The notes under the pieces were generated by a model that saw nothing but the letters and a program-made list of their open reading frames with translations, did no database searches and was not told the origin of the DNA. From Candidatus Saccharimonadales bacterium (GTDB taxonomy: Bacteria; Patescibacteriota; Saccharimonadia; Saccharimonadales; UBA4665): DNA of 64,000 nt. The position numbers were made by a program, and so were the translations under genes. This document shows, one piece after another, positions 57,199 through 64,000 of this stretch (the first letter of the stretch is position 1; every line of letters begins with the position of its first letter). The stretch covers positions 1,044 through 65,043 of the forward strand of contig DATBED010000042.1 of assembly GCA_036276195.1 (NCBI GenBank). Direction: 5' to 3'.

Positions 57199-58524
57199 AT
57201 GAGAACCTCGGCCGTTAAGTACGCTGTGCTAACGTGGGTCAGCACGCTGACCATGGTCATTTTCTACTTGGTACCATTCCATGCTTTCTTAACGGTTTGG
57301 GGGGCCAGCTTGATTGGCCACTACACGGCGCTACGACTATGGAGCGAGGTCTTGTTATTCATCTGTGTTATTGGTGTGCTTTATCTGTTCCTATCCGACA
57401 AGAAAATTCGCTCCCATACTGTGCCGCGTCGCTTGGTCCAAGTCATTTTGTTGTATATAGCACTCAGTTTAATTTGGGGGCTGCTGGCGCTCGATCAGCA
57501 CGATGTCACGGCTAAGGCGCTGGGCTATGGCCTGATCAGTAATCTGCGTTACCCAGTGTTCTTTTTAGTGACTTGGTCGGCGGCACTTAGACTGGCCCGT
57601 CTGCGCATCCGCTGGCAGCGGCTAGTGATCTGGCCGGCTATCGTAGTGGTAGTTTTCGGTTTGTTGCAAATTTTTGTTTTGCCGAATGATTTTCTGAGGC
57701 ACTTTGGTTACGGGCCGTCAACGATTCCGGTACTTGAAACTATCAATAACAACCAGCACTATGTCCGCTTTATCTCAACCCTGCGCGGCGCCAACCCGCT
57801 CGGGGCCTATCTGTTAGTGCCAATCAGCTTATTAACGGTGCTGCTGATACGCAACGGCCGTAATTGGCTGCAGGGCCTATTGATGGCTGGCTCGCTGGTG
57901 GTGCTGTTTTTCACTTTTTCGCGCAGTGCTTGGGTCGGCGCTGCCCTGAGCGTGGTTGTGATTTTGTTCTTGAGCCATTTAGCGGCCAATACCCAAAAAA
58001 TCGCTCTGGCCGTGGCCGGCGGATTGGTAGTTATAGGCGCCCTCTTGGCGGTGGCTTTCCGCCACGATCTTAATTACCAGAACTTCATTTTTCACACCCA
58101 AAAGAATTCGGCCGTGGCCGCCACATCTGATCAAGGTCATTTACAAGCTCTAAAAGCCGGCTTACGTGACCTGCGCCATAATCCGGGGGGTAATGGCCCC
58201 GGCACGGCCGGCCCGGCCAGCTTCTACAACACCGGCCATCCGGTGCGCATTGCCGAGAACTACTTTGTGCAGATCGGCCAAGAAACCGGCTGGATCGGCC
58301 TGGTGCTATTCAGCCTAATTAATGCTGGCGTCGCTTATCTCTTGTACCTAAAACGGGACGATCCGCTAGCACTCGGTCTGCTCGCCAGCCTTATCGGGCT
58401 AACGCTGATCAACCTGTTCTCGCACGCTTGGGCCGATGACACCCTAGCCTTTGTTTGGTGGGGATTAGCCGGCGTAGCCCTGGCGCCTAACCCGAAGGCC
58501 GAGGCCGGAAGTGAACCAACCTAA
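57199..58524 (+). CDS. O-antigen ligase/polymerase-like (Wzy_C domain) membrane protein
   Basis: 441 aa, polytopic. FTFSRSAWVGAALSVV lies in the loop typical of the Wzy_C family. Confidence 0.6.
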   Translation: MRTSAVKYAVLTWVSTLTMVIFYLVPFHAFLTVWGASLIGHYTALRLWSEVLLFICVIGVLYLFLSDKKIRSHTVPRRLVQVILLYIALSLIWGLLALDQHDVTAKALGYGLISNLRYPVFFLVTWSAALRLARLRIRWQRLVIWPAIVVVVFGLLQIFVLPNDFLRHFGYGPSTIPVLETINNNQHYVRFISTLRGANPLGAYLLVPISLLTVLLIRNGRNWLQGLLMAGSLVVLFFTFSRSAWVGAALSVVVILFLSHLAANTQKIALAVAGGLVVIGALLAVAFRHDLNYQNFIFHTQKNSAVAATSDQGHLQALKAGLRDLRHNPGGNGPGTAGPASFYNTGHPVRIAENYFVQIGQETGWIGLVLFSLINAGVAYLLYLKRDDPLALGLLASLIGLTLINLFSHAWADDTLAFVWWGLAGVALAPNPKAEAGSEPT

Positions 58525-58918
58525 AAGCGGCCGGTTACAGCAGTTCGCCAAATATATGGCCGGCGGCAGCTTGTACTTCTGGAGTGGCTATGCCGTGTTC
58601 GCCATCTGTTACTCGGTTTTTAAATGGAACTGGCTGCCCTCCAAAATTGCTGCCGATGCCGTTGGCTGGTCACTCAACTACATCGTGCAGCGCTTCTGGG
58701 CCTTCAGCGACCAACATCACTTAAGCGAAATGCAGCACGCCAGCCGCTACCTCTTCATCGAAAGCATCGGCTTCGTGCTGGATTACTTAATTATCTGGGG
58801 CCTCAAAACTATCGGCATTACGCCCTACATCGGCTTCTTCATCTCGGCCGGCTTCTTCACCGTCTGGAGCTGGTTTTGGTACAAATACTGGGTCTTCCCC
58901 GAAAAGAAACAGCCCTAG
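58511..58918 (+). CDS. GtrA-family membrane protein (second copy)
   Basis: 135 aa with 4 TM segments, and NYIVQRFWAF / KYWVF motifs. There is a 14-nt overlap with the upstream gene. Confidence 0.65.
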   Translation: MNQPKSGRLQQFAKYMAGGSLYFWSGYAVFAICYSVFKWNWLPSKIAADAVGWSLNYIVQRFWAFSDQHHLSEMQHASRYLFIESIGFVLDYLIIWGLKTIGITPYIGFFISAGFFTVWSWFWYKYWVFPEKKQP

Positions 58919-58992
58919 GGATACCCACGTTATTATTCGTTACTCCTCAACCAACACTTTCAATTTTTATAGAAATTCTTATAATAATTGAA

Positions 58993-59325
58993 ATGTCTCA
59001 ATATATGTTGTTGCGCCAGGTAGGTTTAAGCAAAACGGCCATCAGGTGCTACGAGTCACTGGTAGAGAAAGGTCCCGCGGAGGCCGTCGATTTGGCAAAA
59101 CGGCTTAAACAATCACCCACCAACATGTATGGTGTACTTAATTTCTTAGTTAAGGAAGGGTTTGTTGATAAAATCAAATTGACAACTCAACCAGGTGTAT
59201 TTAAAGCCCGGCAACTCGATAAAGCCTTATTGGAAAGATACATGCGCCATCGCATTTTATTAATGCCGTTATTTGATGAATTGGGTATATTACCGTCGGC
59301 TCTATCGCTAAGATTGCGTAGATAG
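58993..59325 (+). CDS. TrmB-like winged-HTH transcriptional regulator
   Basis: 110 aa. LGLSKTAIRCYESLVEKGPAEAVDLAKRLKQSPTNMYGVLNFLVKEGFV. TATAAT 58980-58985 lies 7 nt before the ATG. The long overlapping track ORF 58624..59325 was rejected. Confidence 0.6.
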   Translation: MSQYMLLRQVGLSKTAIRCYESLVEKGPAEAVDLAKRLKQSPTNMYGVLNFLVKEGFVDKIKLTTQPGVFKARQLDKALLERYMRHRILLMPLFDELGILPSALSLRLRR

Positions 59326-59348
59326 TTACAAAATGGATAATATAAGGT

Positions 59349-59825
59349 ATGAACGAAAAGCAAACAGCCGAAACCGTGCGGCCAACCAAAAAGCAAAAAG
59401 AACTGCTAACCTTTATCGAGGCCTTTATTAACGAGCACGGCTACAGCCCGAGCTACCGCGAGATCATGAATGGCCTTAACTACACTTCGGTGGCTACAGT
59501 GGCGCTACACGTTAATAACCTAATCAAGCGTGGCCATTTGCACAAACGTGATCACTCGGCTAGGTCGCTCGAAGTGGTCACTTCTGGCGATAAAACTAAG
59601 GTCACCTCCAACCAAGTTGCTCCCAGCGAAGAGAAGTGGCTGGTCGAAAAGGTCGAACACGCCTTCACCCAAACCGAAAACTTGGGCAACGAGCTAGCCG
59701 AAACCAGCCTGGACCACCTGTATGTGCTGATCGGCGCTCTTAGAGTACTTGGCCTGGAAGGTGCCGCCCAGAGCTTTATGCCGCGCCTGAACGCCCTAAA
59801 AAGCCGTTCCACCCCCCAAACTTGA
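59349..59825 (+). CDS. LexA-type DNA-binding-domain protein lacking the S24 peptidase domain
   Basis: 158 aa. The N-terminus PTKKQKELLTFIEAFINEHGYSPSYREIMNGLNYTSVATVALHVNNLIKRGHL matches the LexA wHTH. No Ala-Gly / Ser-Lys autocleavage module is present. Confidence 0.65.
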   Translation: MNEKQTAETVRPTKKQKELLTFIEAFINEHGYSPSYREIMNGLNYTSVATVALHVNNLIKRGHLHKRDHSARSLEVVTSGDKTKVTSNQVAPSEEKWLVEKVEHAFTQTENLGNELAETSLDHLYVLIGALRVLGLEGAAQSFMPRLNALKSRSTPQT

Positions 59826-60034
59826 CAAGATATGTATGTATAATGTCTATATGGCAAGTACCCAATATCTTAATAACATACCCCAGCAAAACGATAACTT
59901 TGACTGGCTCTTTAATCAAAATACCTTAGACGAATCCTTCGACGAGGCTATTCAAGATCAGTCAAAGATAGATGAAGAACTTTGGTAATGATTTGATGCT
60001 CGCTGAAGTTTTGCAGTAATTAATACTATATCTA

Positions 60035-60215
60035 GCGCCACCGCCGGCTGCTACACTACTAAATGTATTAACAATTGAGCTGGAATCCCGTGCAAATCGG
60101 GAACTGTGCCGCAACGGTAAGCCCAAAAGGCAAGTCCGATACAGCTTCTTAAGCCTCTCGAGCAAGAGCACCTAGACACCTAGTCTTCGGAGCCCTCGCC
60201 CGCCAGGCCGAGGGT
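60035..60215 (+). ncRNA. probable cobalamin (B12) riboswitch with SD-sequestering hairpin
   Basis: The core GGAATCCCGTGCAAATCGGGAACTGTGCCGCAACGGTAAGC (60082-60122) closely parallels the conserved GGGAA..GGTG.AA..CC...C.G..CCGC.AC.GTAA core. A short hairpin gcc-caaaa-ggc follows. A B12-box-like AAGTCCGATACAGC lies at 60132-60145. The helix gagctg (60077-60082) / cagctt (60142-60147) closes the core. The hairpin ccctcg (60193-98) / cgaggg (60209-14) covers the GAGG SD. Confidence 0.65.
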
Positions 60216-60220
60216 ATTTA

Positions 60221-61741
60221 ATGGAAAACCTGGCCGTAGCAGCCGCACCAAACCAACATCTTACGCTAGTCGAAGATATCGAAACCGGGCCACCCGTGTT
60301 GCCTCTAGTTTTTGAATCGACCCGTCTAGATGTTGAGGAACTCGTGCGGCATCGATCAGACCGCTTTATTGGCGAGGCGCTGGTTGGCCACGAAGTAGTC
60401 GTGTCGTCCGAGCTGAAAACTGAAGACAGAAATGACTCTTTAAGAGACGCGATTCACCGCGGCGCCGCAGGCGACCCGGTGGCTGACGCCTTATGCGAAG
60501 ACAGCATAATCGCCGATGTCGGCGAGAGAATTATAAAGGTCGGCGATGTCACCAAAGTACTAGAAGTGATTACTGACTCTAACGAGACTCATCAGCATGG
60601 CCAGACTGGCCGTCAAAGGCAGGCCAATGCACTACGCTCAGCGGGAGGCTGGCAAATGCTGGGTCGGTTCGGGGCCAATGCGCGCAATTTCTTCCGTATC
60701 GATACTTACAGAATGATGGGATTGCTTGAAGACTACAGGGCGATAGTATTTGAACTCATGCCTCGAGACATCATGACCACAAAAGAGCTAGACAAGAACC
60801 ACTTCTTTACCAAAACAATGAGCATCTCCGTACAATCCACTACGGTCGAAGAGGGAGCATTAGAAATAGAAACTGCACTGGTGGCAGGAGTCAAAAAGCC
60901 TGGCGCTGAGCCGCATGACGTCGAGATGGTAGACTCCACGGTGGAAAGCTGGGGCCTTGACTGGAAGGGTAAGACCACTACCGAGAAAATCAATATAGTC
61001 GTGTTGGTTCACAAAAGTTTAACCCCAAACGGCATCATAGACATCGTAAAGCACATGGATGATCTCAATGGCGGCACCTTCTTCGGTGAAGATCGCCCAC
61101 GCCAGAGTTACCTTGAGTATCTTGAGTTTTGCCGTGAAAGAAAGGCCGCCTTTTGGCCAAAGGTTCAGGCAATCAAAGCAGAACTCTATTCTAGGAAGGC
61201 CGAAGCAACGACTGACCCAGCGGGCGCCGAACTACTTGATGAAATTTCCGAGAAGCACATGGTCGAAAAGGCCGTTGAGGATATTTCAATCGACCCCATG
61301 GTTTTCGGTCCGGTATCGGCCGTCCAAATTGTTGAAGCCCGGCACTATAAGGCTATAGGCAATTATGAGAGGGCTTGTCTGGCTACTCAAGAAGCAATTG
61401 AGAATGCCGATTCAGGTGCGTGCAATGGTATCAAAAAGAAAGGCAGGCGCTCTCGTCGTAAGCATGGTTTGGACAGCGACTTTGATGATTTGAGCTTCAA
61501 CTTTGGTGAGGATGAATCAAATAACGACGATGAGAGCGGAGTTTGCAAAGAGACGAAGGATGGTGACGAGAAGAAGTGCCCGGAGTGTAAGAAAAAAGTC
61601 AAAGCCATAGTTCCCAAAAAGGGCGGAACAATATATTGCGATCAGAAAGGGTGTAAGCTGGAAGCTCCTGAATGGCTTATAGAAGCTCGAATACGCAATA
61701 ATGCCACCACCAAAAAAAGGTGGATTTACAGCATTACCTAG
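60221..61741 (+). CDS. hypothetical 506-aa protein with C-terminal Cys-cluster (zinc-ribbon-like)
   Basis: GAGG lies 7 nt upstream of the ATG. No TM or signal sequence and no family recognised. The C-terminus is a basic patch KKKGRRSRRKHG, an acidic run, then CKETKDGDEKKCPECKKK...YCDQKGC. Confidence 0.6.
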   Translation: MENLAVAAAPNQHLTLVEDIETGPPVLPLVFESTRLDVEELVRHRSDRFIGEALVGHEVVVSSELKTEDRNDSLRDAIHRGAAGDPVADALCEDSIIADVGERIIKVGDVTKVLEVITDSNETHQHGQTGRQRQANALRSAGGWQMLGRFGANARNFFRIDTYRMMGLLEDYRAIVFELMPRDIMTTKELDKNHFFTKTMSISVQSTTVEEGALEIETALVAGVKKPGAEPHDVEMVDSTVESWGLDWKGKTTTEKINIVVLVHKSLTPNGIIDIVKHMDDLNGGTFFGEDRPRQSYLEYLEFCRERKAAFWPKVQAIKAELYSRKAEATTDPAGAELLDEISEKHMVEKAVEDISIDPMVFGPVSAVQIVEARHYKAIGNYERACLATQEAIENADSGACNGIKKKGRRSRRKHGLDSDFDDLSFNFGEDESNNDDESGVCKETKDGDEKKCPECKKKVKAIVPKKGGTIYCDQKGCKLEAPEWLIEARIRNNATTKKRWIYSIT

Positions 61742-61762
61742 CCGAGAAGTTATAATTGATTC

Positions 61763-62353
61763 ATGGCTAGGATTGGGATTTACGCCGGAACGTTTGATCC
61801 GGTGCACAGCGGGCACATGGCCTTCGCGCTGCAGGCGCTGCGGGCGGCCAAGCTCGACCAGGTCTATTTTTTGCCCGAGCGGCGGCCGCGCAATAAACAG
61901 CAGGTCGAGCACTTCGGCCACCGCGTGGGCATGCTCAACCGGGCGACCAAACCCTACCCCGAGTTCGAGGTGCTGGAGCTGGTCGACGTCAGCTTCAGTG
62001 TTGAACGCACATTGTCTTTTCTGCAGGGCTTGTTCCCAGATGATGACCTGGTGTTTTTATTTGGCTCGGATATAATCCCCAACTTGGCCGAGTGGCCACA
62101 TGCCGATAAGTTACTCGAATCTAGTGAGCTGGTTATTGGCTTGCGGTTTAAGGATGATCGGGCGACGATTCACAAAATTGTCGAGAGCTGGCAGGTACAG
62201 CCCCAGACCGTAACAATTTTTGAAAGCTTTGCGCCCGAAGTATCATCTGGCAAGGTCCGCGAAGCTTTGCGCAAGCGACAAGCGGCCGCAGGCTTGCTCA
62301 AAAGCGTGGAGCGCTACAGCGACCACCACTGGCTCTATGTTTCCCTAGCCTAA
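61763..62353 (+). CDS. nadD: nicotinate/nicotinamide-nucleotide adenylyltransferase-like cytidylyltransferase
   Basis: 196 aa. IGIYAGTFDPVHSGHM is the (H/T)xGH motif. C-terminal SSGKVRE is ISSTxxR-like. Confidence 0.65.
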   Translation: MARIGIYAGTFDPVHSGHMAFALQALRAAKLDQVYFLPERRPRNKQQVEHFGHRVGMLNRATKPYPEFEVLELVDVSFSVERTLSFLQGLFPDDDLVFLFGSDIIPNLAEWPHADKLLESSELVIGLRFKDDRATIHKIVESWQVQPQTVTIFESFAPEVSSGKVREALRKRQAAAGLLKSVERYSDHHWLYVSLA

Positions 62354-63049
62354 TTATTTTTTAGTTTGGGCCGTGGTGCCGGTGTTGGCGGGCGTTGAAG
62401 TAGTAGAAGTATTACCCGCCTTTTTGGCAATCTCGGCCTTAATGACTTGCTCGAAAGCTGGCACGCTTTCGCCAACTTGAATTTGTTTGCCATCCAGGTA
62501 AAACGTTGGCGTGCCAGTAATGCCCAACTTGTTCCCCTGGGCCATATCGGCGTTGATTAGGTTATTAACTTGAGTTGAAGCGTAATCCGACTTAAATTGC
62601 GTTACGTTAAGGCCGAGTTGTTGGGCTAATTGGTCAAAAAGGCTGCTTGGGTCGCTGGCACTGGTCCACTGGCTCTGGCTCTCGTACAAAGCGTCGTGCA
62701 TCTGCCAGAATTTACCTTGCAAAGCGGCCGCTTCGGCAGCCCGGGCACCGGCAAAGGCGTTTTGGTGAATGCTGACCAGCGGGAAGTTGCTGAACTGGAA
62801 GGTTATTTGCTTGTCGAATTCCTGCTCGACTTGCTTAACAATCGGAAAATACTGGCCGCAATAAGGGCACTCATAGTCGCCGTACTCCTGCAGTAAAATG
62901 CCATCTTGGCCCTGGCCCTCGACATGGTGCGTTAAAGTACCGGCCTTTCCATTAGAGTTACTCGAGCCGCCGGACTTATTGGTCAAGGCGAAAATGCCTA
63001 TGAAAACGATGATCACGGCAGCGATTACAGCTAAAAACTGTTTAGACAT
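62354..63049 (-). CDS. membrane-anchored DsbA-family thiol:disulfide oxidoreductase
   Basis: 231 aa with an N-terminal TM, a CPYC active site (YGDYECPYCGQYF), and the cis-Pro loop GTPTFYL. Confidence 0.75.
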   Translation of the reverse strand: MSKQFLAVIAAVIIVFIGIFALTNKSGGSSNSNGKAGTLTHHVEGQGQDGILLQEYGDYECPYCGQYFPIVKQVEQEFDKQITFQFSNFPLVSIHQNAFAGARAAEAAALQGKFWQMHDALYESQSQWTSASDPSSLFDQLAQQLGLNVTQFKSDYASTQVNNLINADMAQGNKLGITGTPTFYLDGKQIQVGESVPAFEQVIKAEIAKKAGNTSTTSTPANTGTTAQTKK

Positions 63050-63090
63050 GGACTACTCCTTTTAGTCTTTCAATTATACAATGAGTTGGA

Positions 63091-64000
63091 ATGAATAACC
63101 TTGTTTTAGCCGCCCTCTTCCTATTATTGGCCTTAGGCGGTGTGGTGGTGCGCAAAACCTACGCCTATTTGCCGGCCCGCGAGCTGAAGCGGCGGGCCGA
63201 GCGGCACGATCCGCTGGCCACCCAGCTTTATAAGGCGGCGGCCTATGGCAACAGCCTGCGCAGCCTGCTGTGGCTATATATAGGTTTAACCACCGCCGCT
63301 GGCCTGGTACTGATGGCGCGCGCCCTGAATGTCTGGGTCAGCCTGCTAATTGTGGCGCCGCTGCTATGGATTGTCTTTTCACTAGTGCCGGCCACTCGCC
63401 TGACCAGCGTCGGTGCCCGTTTAACTAAGCTGGTCACGCCAATCTTGGCCTGGCTGCTTAATTATCTACACCGACCGTTGAGTCGGGGTGCTGAGGTGGT
63501 GGAGCGGCGTTACGTCGCCGGTAAACACACCCGTATTTTTGAAAGGGAAGACCTGGTTGAGCTGATCGAACGGCAACAGTATCAGGACGACAACCGCTTA
63601 ACCGAAGAAGAGCTGGAAATTGCCCGCCGCGCCCTAAGCTTCAGCAACTATAAAGTGGCCGATGTGCTAACACCCAGAAAAGAGGTTAAGACCATCCTAG
63701 CTGGCGAAACGGTTGGCCCGGTATTGATTGATGAGTTGCACAAAAGCGGCCAGTCATACGTGCTAGTCAAAGACAAGAAGGGCGGTATGGTCGTCGGTAC
63801 GCTGGCAATTGGCGACCTCGGCTTAAACAGTACCGGCCAAGTCAGCGACCACGTGGGCGGCCCGGTTTATTACCTGCACGAAAACGACTCCCTGAGTGAG
63901 GCGCTGCATGCCTTTTTTGTAACCAACCACCCAATGTTTGTGGTGGTCAATAGCTTCGAAGAATTTGTTGGTATTGCCACGGTCGAGAACATTATTAAAC
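63091..64000 (+). CDS. CNNM/DUF21 + CBS-pair (TlyC/CorC-like) membrane protein, 3' end outside window
   Basis: Hand-translated from ATG 63091: MNNLVLAALFLLLALGGVVV..., with TM helices. LTEEELEIARRALSFSNYKVADVLTPRKEV is the typical entry into the CBS pair. The frame is open to the window end and is not in the ORF track. Confidence 0.7.
   Translation, partial: MNNLVLAALFLLLALGGVVVRKTYAYLPARELKRRAERHDPLATQLYKAAAYGNSLRSLLWLYIGLTTAAGLVLMARALNVWVSLLIVAPLLWIVFSLVPATRLTSVGARLTKLVTPILAWLLNYLHRPLSRGAEVVERRYVAGKHTRIFEREDLVELIERQQYQDDNRLTEEELEIARRALSFSNYKVADVLTPRKEVKTILAGETVGPVLIDELHKSGQSYVLVKDKKGGMVVGTLAIGDLGLNSTGQVSDHVGGPVYYLHENDSLSEALHAFFVTNHPMFVVVNSFEEFVGIATVENIIK

Noticed and set aside
58624-59325. 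A 233-aa ORF overlapping the GtrA gene.
   Set aside because: Its first ~120 codons run out of frame across the well-supported GtrA CDS and look like shadow sequence. Only the last 110 codons, from ATG 58993 preceded by TATAAT, form a recognisable TrmB-like wHTH.
59822-59844. An apparently perfect TTGACA ... TATAAT promoter.
   Set aside because: The two hexamers are separated by only 11 nt, which is incompatible with a canonical sigma70-type promoter. Only the -10 box is retained as a possible leaderless signal for the 45-aa micro-ORF.

Overview
This 64-kb chromosomal window spans the replication origin of a compact, Gram-positive-type genome. It may be a Patescibacteria/CPR, Saccharibacteria-like organism, but that is inference from gene content only. 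No rRNA, tRNA, CRISPR array, transposase or integrase was seen.

Gene content from left to right:
- 0.6-1.3 kb: a HigB2/HigA2-like toxin-antitoxin (TA) pair.
- 1.3-13.5 kb: a relaxase-less, Gram-positive-type T4SS-like module. It holds a PrgI/VirB3-like gene, a VirB4 N-domain paralogue, the VirB4 ATPase, two large multidomain wall hydrolases and a membrane-anchored beta-rich protein. A RelB/YafQ cassette bounded by 33-bp direct repeats interrupts it.
- 13.5-20.4 kb: the origin core, recF-[phd/vapC]-dnaN-dnaA on the minus strand, DnaA-box clusters on both sides of dnaA, then rpmH-rnpA-yidC-jag.
- 20.4-58.9 kb: a very large cell-envelope glycan region. It includes GT-C, GT2 and GT4 transferases, gmd/rmd-like genes, wzm/wzt, a methyltransferase, an aminotransferase plus N-formyltransferase, and two divergent YfhO paralogues with a GT2/GtrA pair. 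It also includes rmlACDB, manC, pmm/pgm, glmS, a priming phosphotransferase and an O-antigen-ligase-like gene. Roughly 26.6-49.3 kb is visibly lower in GC. Three more TA modules are interspersed.
- 59-64 kb: two small wHTH regulators, a probable cobalamin riboswitch ahead of an unrecognisable 506-aa protein, nadD, a DsbA-like gene and a CNNM/CBS gene truncated by the window edge.

The most unusual signals:
1. A three-copy, roughly 150-200-bp origin-proximal intergenic element. Each copy carries two 18-bp quasi-palindromic boxes at a fixed 51-bp spacing.
2. The B12-riboswitch-like leader in front of an orphan protein.
3. The TA cassette with att-like 33-bp direct repeats inside the T4SS operon.
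4. A recurrent leaderless promoter geometry, with a -10 box 6-7 nt before the ATG.
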